A stretch of DNA of 64,000 bases from Zootoca vivipara (lineage: Eukaryota), in the NCBI RefSeq assembly GCF_963506605.1, contig NC_083281.1, forward strand, positions 53,568,001 to 53,632,000, given 5' to 3'. The notes under the pieces were generated by a model that saw only the letters and a list, made by a program, of their open reading frames with translations, had not been told where the DNA came from and made no database searches. Both the position numbers and the translations under genes were made by a program. Positions 1 through 12,685 of the stretch are shown piece by piece. Position 1 is the stretch's first letter. Each line of letters starts with the position of its first letter.

Positions 1-431
1 TACTAGTTGTATTTCTACCATCATGAACAAAACTTGCAAGCCTACACATACTTACTAGGGAATAAGCCTTGTTAAAATTAGTAGGACTTACTTGCAAGCA
101 AACGGTCATGCTGCAAATTTCTAGTCTAGCCCTGATCATTTGAACTGTCCTAGTCTGCAGATTCAACAGTTCTATCATATTCTGTTCAAGATGCAATTGT
201 TAAAACTGCATAGAATTTTCTAAATAGAGGCACATGGGAGATGAACTGGAAACATTACATTAGAAATATAGGAAATAAATATATGAAGCGATCACCATTC
301 ACCTTTCTCAATGCTCACATTTATTTTCATATTTTATTCTTAAAATACACATTTGAAACACATTTGATTTTTTTAAAGCTAAGAATCATGTAAAAAATGG
401 AAATGTATGAAATTTGGAAAAAGTATGAAAA

Positions 432-497
432 GTTTCTGCATTGGTTGGGCTAGGTGACCCTTGAGGTACCTTCCAAGTCTACAATTCTATGATTCTT
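432..497 (+). mobile_element. CR1 LINE 3' tip
   Basis: ggtgacccttgaggtaccttccaagtctacaattctatgattct; ATTCTATG terminal repeat. Confidence 0.75.
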
Positions 498-720
498 TGA
501 AATCTGAAGGGTGATTGCATCCTGATCCACACATTAATCTGGAATTAGTTCAGATCTGTTCCCTTTACTTAGAATGGCAGAACTCTTGCTTTCTTCTGTG
601 TCCGATTTTGCATAGTAGTCTGTTTACTACAATCCCAAAACTCAAAAGAAAAGCAATAGCACAGGGGTTCAATTACTTCAGCAAACTCCTATGAAATGTA
701 AATTAGTTAAATGCAATTGG

Positions 721-729
721 ATGTTGTTG

Positions 730-774
<45 letters not shown>
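721..774. repeat. Compound (GTT)n(GCT)n microsatellite
   Basis: Directly visible. Confidence 0.95.
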
Positions 775-776
<2 letters not shown>

Positions 777-1290
777 CTGCCATGCCTCTATTATAGAACA
801 ATGTACCACTTTAGATTATGTGTCATTACAGTAATTGCAATTGTAATAATGATTGTTTTGATTTAGACCATCTCCACCTCACATTAGGTGAAAAATAAAT
901 ATTTCTGTGGAACTTCTAGCCAACAACTATGGGTAGGGGCTACAGTGGGGACTAGAAGTCAGTGAGCTATTAGAGAATAAACAAAACTTGCATGCTTTTA
1001 TAAATAATATTAGAAAGACAACTTCTCAACAATGAACAGAGGGGGGAAATAAGTTAGAGCTTCATAAAAAACCAGCAGAGGATGGTAGCAATTTATAGAG
1101 ATTGTAATGATGTGAGCCATTGTAAGATACATCACTAATTTGGTGTCATTGCAGAGTGTGTTTATCCTGCCTGAGAAGCTGTTAATCTTTTTTAAAGTAT
1201 TGTTTGTTTTTGCCTTCTCATTAATGAAACCTATTGTGTTTGCAACCACACAGAGTGGGGCGGCGGAGGATATTATTCTGTGGTGGTGAG

Positions 1291-1343
<53 letters not shown>
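1291..1343. repeat. (AAT)n microsatellite
   Basis: Directly visible; source of the poly-Leu spurious ORF. Confidence 0.95.
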
Positions 1344-1344
<1 letters not shown>

Positions 1345-1360
1345 GAACAACAACATTACA

Positions 1361-1535
1361 ATCATAGATTTGTAGAGTTGGAAGGGACACTGAGGGTTAT
1401 CTAGTCCAACCTTCTGCAATGCAGGAATCCAAAAACAACAATGACAGACAATGACAGATCTGCTTAAAAACTTCCAAGGAAGGAGAGACCAGCACTTCCC
1501 AAGGGAGTCTATTCCACTGTCAAACAGCTCTCCCT
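1361..1535 (-). mobile_element. CR1 LINE 3' fragment (diverged)
   Basis: atcatagatttgtagagttggaagggac...ctagtccaac...attccactgtcaaacagctc, homologous to the CR1 at 4826. Confidence 0.8.
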
Positions 1536-2231
1536 GAATGACATACTCTTCACTGACAGAAATCAGTGTGATGACTTGAATTCATTTATTTTATTTTTAT
1601 TTAATAAATTTATATACTGCTTGACTGTAGTGGTTTTCTAAGAGTTACTGCATGCACAGCTCATAAATATACATATTGAACGCCTCAAGGAATTCTGAAG
1701 GTATCTAAGCCCACCACCTATTAAAACAATGCTGAACAATTTCCTAAATTTGTACATTTGTATGTTGACAGTTACTGTCAACATTGTGCTCCATTGTTCC
1801 AACACTCTTTCACATTCTAGACTGACCAAAAAAGCAAGGTTGCTATTTTGCTATAGGCCCCAATTCAAAATTTTGTAAGACAAAGTAAATGGCCTGCAAT
1901 CTGAGCCACAATTATGTGCAGGGGCACCATCTCCCAGGGGTCAAGCCCCCCCCCCCATCAGCAATTTCCAGTTATGCCAATCCTTGATTGATGGATAGAT
2001 AGGAGTGTAGGGAGGGGCCGTAGAGTAGCAGGACTGTGAGTTTGAAGGAAGGAATGGAATCTCATCTCCACCAATGCACATCAAATGTGGCAAGTCTTCA
2101 GCTAGCACTCCTTACTTAAGATAGAGCTATCAAGTAGGCTACATAAAAAGGTGCTCAATACAACAGGGCCTGTGGAGATTCACAGAGCTTTTTAAAGTTC
2201 AAGCAAAGCAAGGTCTGAAATAGAGAGTGAA

Positions 2232-2234
<3 letters not shown>

Positions 2235-2282
<48 letters not shown>
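2235..2282. repeat. (CA)n microsatellite
   Basis: Directly visible. Confidence 0.95.
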
Positions 2283-2285
<3 letters not shown>

Positions 2286-2884
2286 CTGTGATGCATATGA
2301 TGTTCCCTTCGAGGATGCATGAGGTAGACATATTCAAGATCCCATTGGGGTGCTTGAGAAGTTGTGCAAAGCCAGGATGTGTGATGTGAAATCAATTATG
2401 TGCCAGAAGAGGTTTTTTCAGGCATCCATTCCCCTGCTTCCCAGGGGACTAAAGACCAAATCAGCTGGAGCTAGATTGCTAAGGCGTTGTCTTCACACAT
2501 GTGTTTACTTTGTTTCACTCTCCCTATTTCCATGAGCAGCAGGAAGTTCTAGACACAGCTTTCAATAAGGTCAGCTTCCTTTCTGCAGACACTGTCCTTT
2601 TGGACATTACCTGCAATGAAATGTTGCCGTGTAGAATGTTCCTACTCATGATTCTGGCAAGCTAGACAGACATCCATTCCCTTTTCCATGATACTACATT
2701 CCATTCATCTTTTCTTTGCAGCCCCAATTCCCCCCACCCCCATTCACTCCAATTATTATTCCATCTTTTGTGGGCATTAAGCTTGTTTAGTCCACATTGG
2801 GCTATTTTTGGCCCAGTCTAGTTTGCTTGAATTATTGAAGTATATTTTACTGCAGATAGCCAAAGGCTAAGAATCCCTATCTTC

Positions 2885-3055
2885 TATGAAAACAGTAAGT
2901 CAGACCAATGGTCCATCTAGTTCAGTGTGGTCCATCTACTCTGATAGCTGCTCTCCAGGATTTAAGACAGGTAGTCTTTCTCAGTCTGACCTGGAAATGC
3001 TAGGGATTAAACATCTACACACAAATCAGATACTCCTCTGGTGAGCTATGGTCCT
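2885..3055 (-). mobile_element. Decayed tRNA-derived SINE (same family as 31041)
   Basis: agtcagaccaatggtccatctag...gagctatggtcc is the reverse complement of the family head and tail. Confidence 0.6.
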
Positions 3056-3204
3056 TTCCTGCAACCAGTACAGGCCTCCCTCTTTTGCCTATTGTCACTT
3101 TACCCAGAGTATTTGTGCTAGCATTCCTGGACTACAAAGATCCACAGCTCTAAAAAGCACACATCTAATTACATGCAAGAAGCAGTCTCAAACCCAGATA
3201 TCTT

Positions 3205-3376
3205 AGGGAGCTGCATTATTCCACTTCAGACCATTGGCCCAACTAGCTCAACGTTGTACACAGTGACTTACAGTGATATTACAGGACTTTAGGCAGTGAA
3301 TTTTCCCCAGTCCTACCTGGACATGCCGACACCTGGGAGCTCCAGCACACAAAGCACGTGCTACTGAGCTATGGCT
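3205..3376 (-). mobile_element. Decayed tRNA-derived SINE (same family as 31041)
   Basis: tcagaccattggcccaactagctca...ctactgagctatggc. Confidence 0.6.
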
Positions 3377-4825
3377 TCTGTTCAATGCCAGACATGTTTT
3401 GCACCTATTCCACCTGCTCTTGTAGAGAACAATACAGTTTTAACTGCAAACTGCTAAACTCCAAGAGATGCACGTAGAATCCTACATCATTTACATGTTT
3501 TATGCATGCCAGCCCTGGGACGGTTTAATTTACAATGGCACAAACTGCTGGAAACTGTAGCTACATTTGATCTATTAGTCCTGGCTTTCCAAACAACTGC
3601 ACTGTAAAACCCCTAAAAGTGTCCATGGTGCATACAAGATATTATCATATACACTTCTTGCAAATGTTCAGATTATCAAGAAATCTGGAGGCATATTTCT
3701 TTCATCAAGCTGAGGTTTTTTTTTAAGTGCCTGTGCTCTAAAACAGGTGGCTCCTTGAGTAACGAATTGAACACTGCTTGAATCTAAGGGCTTTATATTC
3801 CTAGTTCTAAATAGCTCCAGGCAGATTGAATTCTACATCACAAAATTGTCTTCTGAAGATTTATTTACATCCTTTATGCTTTGGGCTTTCTAGATAGAGT
3901 TCCCGAGAAAACACAAATGTGATCCTGATTTGGAAATAGTTATATGCAACTTTACAGGTTCAAGGAAAGAATTTTTTGACACGTTTTTATTCTCCCCCGC
4001 CGCCGCCACTGCTGCTTTCCCACTCCCTCTGAACTCGTTGGAGAATTTTAGGGAATGCATGCATAAAGTTTTTAAGGACTGATATTTTAGTGTATTTTTA
4101 ATCTCTGTTGAAAACTGCCCAGACTTGCTGGGGAAACTGAGCCAGATGAGTGGGGTACAAATAATAAATTATTATAATTATATACCATTTTCAATCTTCA
4201 AGAAGCCTGGGAGAGACTCCTGTCTGAAACCCCAGAGGGCCAAAACTCTTAGGGAGATGGACCAGTGGTCTCACTATAAAGCACTTTCTAATATTCCTGT
4301 GTTCAGCTCTCATGGAAAATATTTGTCAGAATGATCAACAATGTCTCCGCTTCTGAATAAATTGTGTAAGCTATGGATCCAGTTTAATTTGTTGCTTATA
4401 ATTATTTTAAGAGTGTTGAATGAACTAATGGGCTTGGTCCCTTCTCCCTCCAGACCTACTCTCCAATAGAGGCTAGAGAGACCTACTCTCCATTAGGGCA
4501 AGCAGGATACTGCCCCACCCCTCACCCCTCAGCGAGCCTCCACCTGCCTGCCTTCTTACACACAACCAGGCCAGAGGGGTGGCTCTCGCTATTCACTTCT
4601 TCCTTCTTAGTCTCACTGTTGTGGATGAGGATGAGGGTTAAACTGGAGGAAGTCTGGCTGCACCTTCTGTTGAGTTGTCTGTCTTCCACCCTACCAGTCT
4701 CAATGGGCATCAGCCATCACTGCTTCTCTCCTAACTCATTTCCTTGCTTTCCAGAATTAGAAGTGAAGGGTTGGCAAGTGGCGTTTGAATGTATTCTCTG
4801 GGGCAGAGACTCAGGGCAGATGATT

Positions 4826-5364
4826 TCATAGAATCATAGAATCATAGAGTTGGAAGAGACCACAAGGGCCATCCAGTCCAACCCCCTGCCAAGCAGGAAA
4901 CACCACCAAAGCATTCCTGACAGATGGCTGTCAAGCCTCTGCTTAAAGACCTCCAAAGAAGGAGACTCCACCACACTCCTTGGCAGCAAATTCCACTGCC
5001 GAACAGCTCTTACTGTCAGGAAGTTCTTCCTAATGTTTAGGTGGAATTTTCTTTCTTGTAGTTTGAATCCGTTGCTCCGTGTCCGCTTCTCTGGAGCAGC
5101 AGAAAACAACCTTTCTCCCTCCTCTATATGACATCCTTTTATATATTTGAACATGGTTATCATATCACCCCTTAACCTTTTCTTCTCCAGGCTAAACATA
5201 CCCAGCTCCCTAAGCCGTTCCTCATAAGGCATCGTTTCCAGGCCTTTGACCATTTTGGTTGCCCTCTTCTGGACACGTTCCAGCTTATCAGTATCCTTCT
5301 TGAACTGTGGTGCCCAGAACTGGACACAGTACTCCAGGTGAGGTCTGACCAGAGCAGAATACAG
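4826..5364 (-). mobile_element. Young 5'-truncated CR1 LINE (ORF2 C-terminus and 3'UTR)
   Basis: Open [27 protein letters not shown]...[25 protein letters not shown]; (ATTCTATG)n tail; GATTTCA on both sides (4822-4828, 5364-5370) as likely TSD. Confidence 0.95.
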
Positions 5365-5455
5365 ATTTCAGAGACTCAAGGAGGAAACTCATAGCCTCAG
5401 AAAGGTGGAGGGGAGAGGATGTTCTTTTCCAGGCTGCAGCACAACACCTGTCCTG

Positions 5456-6366
5456 TAGAGATGGAGGAAGCTGCCAATTTCTGTTCTCTTGGTTTCCCAT
5501 TTTTCCCATTTCTAAATTCATTTCTCCACATTCTGCAGCTGTTTGGATTTTTTTTTAATCCTCATGAAATTTATCAGCATTTTACTGTGAAGTTCTTCTC
5601 ATAAACCAATATTTTTATGCAGTTTTGACCAATATAAAAGCCAATTCCCCTGATAGCATGCAACTTTGTATGTTATTTTCACTTGAGAGTCCCATGGACT
5701 GCAAGAAGATCCAACCTATCCATTCTGAAGGAAATCAGCCCTGACTGCTCACTGGAAGGACAGATCCTGAAGCTGAGGCTCCAATACTTTGGCCACCTCA
5801 TGAGAAGAGAAGATTCCCTGGGAAAAGACCCTGATGCTGGGAAAGATTGAGGGCACTACAGTAGGTGAAGGGGATGACAGAGGATGAGATGGTTGGACAG
5901 TGTTCTCAAAGCTATGAACATGAGTTTGACCAAACTGCGGGAGGCAGTGGAAGATAGGAGTGCCTGGCATGCTATGGTCCATGGGGTCACGGAGAGTCGG
6001 ACACAACTAAATGACTAAACAACAACAACAACAAGCATTTTTATTAATACATTCCCCTAATATATGGATTTTTTTGCATATTATTTGGTTGGATATATTT
6101 GATTGGAAATTTGCAGAATTCTGAGTGCAAATTTCAAAGGATGACTGAGTTTCAAATATTAGTGAAACAAAATGTTTTTTTACAAAAATGCGTATGTAGG
6201 GAAAATTGCATACAGACACACATATATATTTGAGAGAAAATATAACTTTTCATGAAAACATTTAATTTTTTTAAGTGAGCTGATATGAAAATGTAGAGAA
6301 CAGAATTGAAGACTGGAAAAATGAGAAACTGAGAGAAACCAACACTGACAGATTCAGCCATCCCTA
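5456..6366. mobile_element. AT-rich non-autonomous DNA transposon (TAGGGATG...CATCCCTA termini, hAT-like), interrupted by BovB
   Basis: tagagatgg...gccatcccta termini; internal sequence shared with copies at 23730, 37682, 48453, 54591 and 59410. Confidence 0.6.
5683..6034 (+). mobile_element. BovB (RTE clade) LINE 3' end
   Basis: gagagtcccatggactgcaaga...ctgaagctgaggctccaatactttggccacctcatg...ggtccatggggtcacggagagtcggacacaact followed by a (CAA)n tail. Confidence 0.92.
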
Positions 6367-6974
6367 GATGTAATATAGGTGAAATGAAATGAAACAGATC
6401 ATAATGACAGCATAATGAGAGAGAAAGACACAGAGAGCGAACAGTACCAACACAAAAGAAGCACTACTGAGAGTTTAAACAGACAAATTATAACTGAGCT
6501 GAAGGTCATATAATTTATAGAGCCCAACCGTAATGATTCCTAAAATACAAGTCACAATAGGTAAATAGGTAAATAGCTTCCATTCTAAGGTTACTCAATA
6601 TTTCAGCAGTCCCAAATATAAAGCCTTGGAACTATTGTGCACTGCATTCATAATTCAACAATCCTCCTTTTTGTTGCCTACTTGGGACTGTAAATGCAAA
6701 GGGTTGTCAAGCACCTGGCAGTTTTCACTTAATGGCTGAGGAACCAGGGTGATGTTGGCCATGCCTGAGTCTGAATTCAGTGCGATGTTTCAGTGACTCT
6801 CAAATTTAAATTATGTACCTGAAGAATACAGATGATGCTGGGACAAGTGGTCAGTCATTATGGTTTCTGGTACAAACTGGTGTTAAACCTGCTGAGCTAC
6901 TGTGGAAAGTTAGGCTGGGAGTGTGTGACGTGTGACCCTCCTGATGTTGATGGACTACAATTCCCATCATCCTT

Positions 6975-7145
6975 GTCCACTCAGGTGAAAGAGCCATCTT
7001 CAGTGCAGAAAAGAATAGGTGAGTTAATCATGAAGCCAACCTACCTCAGAGGGTTGTTGTGAGGGTAAGAAACCTACCTCAGAGGGTTGTTGTGAGGGTA
7101 AGATGTGGCATCTTGAGCTCCTTGGGCAAAACATGGGATATTTAT
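6975..7145 (+). mobile_element. CORE/MIR-like SINE 3' part with a 33-bp internal tandem duplication
   Basis: aacctacctcagagggttgttgtgagggtaaga twice, then ttgagctccttgg...gggata; similar to 18020 and 52955. Confidence 0.6.
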
Positions 7146-7164
7146 CCCATGTTTTGCCCAAGGA

Positions 7165-7855
7165 GCCTGGTACCAGAGCCTGCAATAAACCCAGATGCTA
7201 ACTTTGCTGCCACATACACACAGATAACACAATTACTGGACCCAACAACATCAAACATACCACCTCAGGCCTATTTAATTGCTAATCTTCTAACATTGTG
7301 TATGCCATCAAATGCCAGCAGTGCCCTTCAGCTCTCTATATTGGACAAACAGGCCAAACCCTATGCCAAAGGATAAATGGACATAAATCTGACATCAGGA
7401 ATCACAAGACAGAGAAACCAGTAGGAGAACACTTCAATCTCCCAGGACATTCTATACAAGATCTCAACGTAGCTGTCTTATTACAAAAGAATTTCAGAAA
7501 CAGACTTGAAAGAGAAGTTGCTGATTACAACTCATCACTAAACTGAAAACTATGGAGAGACCTGGTATTAATAGAGATATTCAATTCCTGTCTCATTACA
7601 TATGCTAATCATCTGCATACTATCCATTGCTTTTTCCTGTAGGACTAATTGCAGTTGTTAACAGTCATCAATAGGTTTACCATACCCATTGAGTCAATCA
7701 CCCATCTCCTACTACCCTCCTGAGAAAAACCCCAGCCTCCCACTATATATAAGGTCCTGGTGACTTCTGTTTCAGTGTATCTGAAGAAGTGTGCATGCAC
7801 ACGAAAGCTTATACCAAGAACAAACTTAGTTGGTCTCTAAGGTGCTACTGGACAA
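7165..7855 (+). mobile_element. 5'-truncated Penelope-like element: GIY-YIG endonuclease remnant plus pseudo-LTR
   Basis: VYAIKCQQCPSALYIGQTGQTLCQRINGHKSDIR...PVGEHFNLPGHS...RLEREVA (GIY-YIG motifs); TATA-like ctatatataag near 7743; terminal ttagttggtctctaaggtgctac shared with the 56945 element. Confidence 0.92.
7777..7814 (+). ncRNA. Minimal type I hammerhead ribozyme motif in the Penelope pLTR
   Basis: gtat-CTGAAGA-a-GTGTGCATGCACAC-GAAA-GC-TT-atac: CUGANGA and GAAA core, palindromic stem II, palindromic AAGCTT mini stem III, 4-bp stem I. Confidence 0.7.
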
Positions 7856-8286
7856 TTTATGTAACACAAGAAAGAAAAAAGGGAGGGAGAAAGACTTTAA
7901 CTGAAGATGCCAGAGATTGAACCAGAGCTTTTCTGTCCAAGGGCCACAATTCCCTCTTGGCAACCATCTAACAATCACATGGGCAGAGTCGGAGGCAAAG
8001 CTGGGCATAATGTAAATTTTACCTGTATGCAGTAGGCTAGTTTCTACACCCACCCACACCCTACACATTATCCATCTAGGCAAGCTGGGGGAAAACCAAC
8101 AAACCACCCAAGAAAAATGCAAAGCCGGGAACAATGATGGCGAGTGTGGTTGAGGAGATAATGTGTAGCTGGGGCAATGTGGGGAGATACCAGACAGTGG
8201 CATAGCATGGAGGTCACAAGGGCTGTTGCCCCAGGTGCAAAATTCTTATGGGTGCAAAATTACAACACCCACAGCTATGTGCTTCT

Positions 8287-8458
8287 CAGGGCCGGCCCTA
8301 AGGCAAGGTTGGGGGGCGCAAGGCGCTGGGGGGCGCCGTGCTGCTCTGCCTTTGTGGCAGCTGCGCTGCGCCCATGCAACAGCTGTGCTCGGAAACGGGA
8401 GGGGGGCGCCGGAGGGATAATGCGCGCTACAGTGCCAGCTATGCTTAAGACGGCCCTG
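8287..8458. mobile_element. GC-rich hAT MITE
   Basis: TIRs CAGGGCCG...CGGCCCTG; perfect 8-bp TSD GTGCTTCT (8279-8286, 8459-8466). Confidence 0.9.
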
Positions 8459-9185
8459 GTGCTTCTGATGCTGGGCTCTGCTGAAAATGGCTTCTCCATG
8501 CAAACTAGGAAGTAACATTTCCGGACAATTGAGGCAATTCTTCACTTATCCCTGTGGCTGCAATCTCCTGGGTGATGCAGATGCTTGAATGTGCATGCAT
8601 ACTCTGTCCAGTTCCCTCCTTCCCACCCACCACCACACCTCTGCATGGCTCCATAGACTGGAAACCCATGTTATGCCAATGTGACCAAAGTGTCTAACAG
8701 AGAGGCTTAGGGAGGCATTTTTAGCCCCTGGTCTGAGATTTCCCAACCCTGGTTGAAACACACAATGTAGAACCTAGTGCATAAAAGTGTGTATATACAT
8801 ATCCTATGGCACTATTAAAAGCAAGGTTTAACAACCTCTAATAAACTTTGCACACCCATACCCCCCACAGGTTTTGCTTATTAAAATATGTTGCAATATA
8901 TCCACTAACAGTGGGCTTTTGACTTGACCTTTTTGGTATCTCGGTCTCAGTTACTGCAACAACATTTGTAAGCAGTCTTCTTCCTTTTTTATCTTTGTAC
9001 TTTGTCAGGTCTTTCTGTGCAGCCATGGGAAATGAGTCAGATACTTACGCGCTACAGATTGACTAATGTTGACAGCCACCTACCTACACATTATGTTGAA
9101 ATGCAGGAAGCAAAGCAGCATTCAGGAACCCATGCTCCTCACATATCATATAACTTAGGGGAAGTTAGCATTCAGAAGCACCCAC

Positions 9186-9305
9186 CTGTATGTGGTTCAA
9201 CTGAGAAGTAAGGCTGTCCCTCCAAGATGCTGTAGACGAGCTTGGCACTGTTTCCGTAAACAGGATCATCTGCATCGGTGGCTGTCACTTTGGTAACGTA
9301 AGTAC
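9186..9305 (-). CDS. CDH8: Cadherin-8 internal coding exon (EC2; probably exon 4)
   Basis: Acceptor tttctttttcactag|GT, donor ACAG|gtggg, 120 bp, phase 1 to 1. Translates (G)[39 protein letters not shown] with the ATDADD motif, in frame with the 38638-38932 exon. Confidence 0.93.
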
Positions 9306-10400
9306 CTAGTGAAAAAGAAAAGTATGCTTGATGAAGAATACAAGTTGGCAATCTGTTAGGAATGAATATGGACAGAGGACTCGCTCCATACTCTTTTCCT
9401 CTGTCTTAATAAACCACTCATACAGAAAATAAAACATGATATCAACTGAGCAGTAAAGAAACAGCCGAAACGAGAGCAAGCCATTCCTCAAACAATCAGA
9501 AGACTCTGACAGTTGTTTGAATAAGGGTCAGCAAATTTTATCTCAAGGTCAGAAACAAGGCAGAAGGATGAACCTCCCCTTGGTATGGTAGTGAGCTCCA
9601 CATCCTCAGTATCACCATGCAGAAGGACCTGTCCTGGGTACTTCAGATGGCAGAGTTAAATTCATTATTAAACATACATTGATGTGCAAAGCACTGCAAT
9701 CCTAACATCCCTGCAGTTTATGAGCCCTCCTCTCCACCTACCCACAGACATGCACTCAGCAAGGCAATGAGCATAGCATCATTACAAATAACAATGTTCT
9801 CTAAATATTGATGTTTTATTTAAGACATCTGCACTGTGCCTTTCTGCATAAGCCACCCAAGACAGCTTGGCAGTAAACAAGCAAACAAGCCAAGGCCACG
9901 GAAACAATTAAACACTAAGGTATCAGCAGCCTAACAATAAAAACACAATCAGATCTAAACATTAGGATTTGCTACAAGCAGAAGAAAATAAAGCTGCTTT
10001 CAACTGGTACTTAGAAGAGGTAGCAATGTGCTGTGTGTGCAGTGTGCAGTGCTGGAGCCAAATTGACACTCCTACTGCTGTGCCCATACTGCACTGACCT
10101 TTCGACTGAATGGTCCCCCCCCCCTGCTTTGGTTACTGGCAGTGACTTCTGCATTGGGAAGCCAGGTAAGCAACAACACCACACCACGCCTTTCTGCCCC
10201 TATGGGATCCAAGCTATAAACACAATATAAAATATATGTTGTTGCTATACTATATAATATACGATGCTAATTAGTAGCACAACATCAATCAGCAATATTT
10301 ATCAGGGCAGCACAAATTGTGTATGGGAGGGGGCATTATCAGAGCAACCCCAAAGCCCATCTGAAATATGTTCATCTTGGTGTGGAACCTAAAAAGTGCT

Positions 10401-10715
10401 TAAAGATAAAGGTAAACGGACCCCTGACCATTAGGTCCAGTCGTGACCGACTCTGGGGTTGCAGCACTCATCTCACATTATTGGCCGAGGGAGCCGGCGT
10501 ACAGCTTCCAGGTCATGTGGCCAGCATGACAAAGCCGCTTCTGGCGAACCAGAGCAGCACACGGAAACTCTGTTTACCTTCCCACTGCAGCGGTACCTAT
10601 TTATCTACTTGCACTTTGAGGTGCTTTCGAATTGCTAGGTTGGCAGGAGCTGGGACCGAGCAACGGGAGCTCATCCCATCGCAGGGATTCGAACCACCGA
10701 CCTTCTGATCAGCAA
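10401..10715 (-). mobile_element. Sauria SINE (5' end missing)
   Basis: aaggtaaacggacccctgaccattaggtccagtcgtgaccgac...gattcgaaccaccgaccttctgatc. Confidence 0.92.
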
Positions 10716-12497
10716 AGTGAACTACAAAAGAGAAAGAGTTTTCCTGGAAGGAACTCACTCCAGAGAAGGCTCTATCCTGTATTGCCACTCGTCATACTTT
10801 AAGTACTGAGGGTGGTGGAAGGCACACAGAGCACAACCTGCAAGATCTGCAAGATGTATTTTTTAAAAAATAAAATACATTTATAAAAGCTTATTTTAAG
10901 TGAAATATTATGACAACAGCAGGCAAGGTGGGGGGGGGAAGAGAACCAAATATGGATAATCCATGTGATGGGTTATCCTTGGCAGGTTCTCACCAACAGG
11001 ATGGAAGTAAAAATGTTAGAGTGCTCTTGGGTTCTGTCTTTTTACAGATTTTTTATTTTAAAAAAATATGGCAAGGCTTGTGACTGTTTCCATGGTAGTA
11101 AGCAAGGGGCATTCAAAACTGGATCTTTCTCTTTGCCCTTGGCCTTCTGGACATTAGCAAAGGCACTTAAATAACACAGATGGAGTCTAGAGCGAAAAGT
11201 CTTATTAAAACTTTACTGAGGAAACTCAGCAAAGCACCCTGTATAGTTTGAGGAGAAAGGAACAGAAAGGTTTTGCTTTGTTTACTTCAGGCCTTGTCTG
11301 TAGCAGGGAGACTTTCAACTAAACACCAAGAGAAGAGAATGTCTCTCAGGATGATTCAGCCAATCAAAGAACACACTACCTCAACAATCATTGTGTCAAT
11401 ATGCCTGGTTGCTAAGCAACACCTGCACCTGTCCCACTTTTGGTGAGTTGATTTAAGAGAATTAACCCTTAAGTTGCATACTGAACGATCCCCGCAGTTG
11501 CACTTCTAACACCAAGAATATACAATTTCAGGTTATGGATTTTAAATTGACTTTTCAATAAATAACTTTAAAATGGCTTTGAAGTAAATTACATTAATAT
11601 GTAATTTAATGTTGCAACAGGTTGGAATGGATTTATGAATAAATCTAAGACTGGAAATCGACTGATTTATCTGTCTCTACACCTAAAAACCCGATTTCCG
11701 TGTGTGCCATTCAGCAGGAATACACCAACAGGGTGAAACTTCTTGAAATACTTTTATTTTAGAATAGTTATATTATTTGAAGTACCTTTGTAAAATGTAA
11801 AATAAAACTACCTATTTAAATTATGTGGATTTCCAAGCATTTCCAAAGGAAGCATATCAAAGAGATACAAAATTCCAGATGAATAATACAATATAATATA
11901 TTGCATTTAAGGTTTTGCAATAGCATATTTCAAAGAAACTGGCAGTGTTACAGCTGCAGCATACAAAATCAATGGTTTGAAAATGATATATTTTCCTTCT
12001 TTGATTTCCACTTATAATAGTTAGAGGAAGCCAGTGGCAGAAACTGAATATCCTCTGTTGTCTCAGAAATAGCTTTGTCTCCTCCAGTTTCTTTTACTTT
12101 TTGCATTAGCCAGAGTTTTTTTTTTAAAAAAAAATGTCAAATAATTTCTTAACCTTTTCAGATCATTCTTTGGATTTTGGTTGGAGAGAATGTTAACCAA
12201 ATTATATTTAAGTCATTTCTCCTTGATTTGTTGCTGGTATGTCTTTTAGAAAATGAACGATGGCATTAATTAATAGGATAGGCAATCTTGAGTAAATGGC
12301 CCAAGAGAAGGTTGTAGTGAATGGCTTGGTGTAACTTTGTGCATGAGGAAACATACTTCAGGAGGGGGAGGAACTGGGGTGTCGGCCTAATAGCTGAACT
12401 CGCAACAGAGTACTGTGATCCTGAGCAGGTCTGAGCTCACACTGATATCCCAATCATAAATGGACATCACTGGGATCCAAAAGTACAAACAAGCATA

Positions 12498-12685
12498 CAG
12501 TGGTACCTCGGTTTAAGTACACAATTGGTTCCGGAAGTCTGTACTTAACCTGAAGTGTACTTAACCCGAAGTGAACTTTCCCATTGAAAGTAATGGAAAG
12601 TGGATTAATCCGTTCCAGACGTGTCCACGGAGTACTTAAACTGAAAGTACTCAAACCAAAGCGTACTTAAACCGAGGTATGACTG
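12498..12685. mobile_element. Tc1/mariner (Tigger/pogo-like) MITE
   Basis: TA TSD; TIRs CAGTGGTACCTCGGTTTAAGTAC and GTACTTAAACCGAGGTATGACTG. Confidence 0.92.

Noticed and set aside
1010-1390. Poly-Leu ORF and other low-complexity ORFs (CVCV, ERER, SLSL)
   Set aside because: These are translations of microsatellites.
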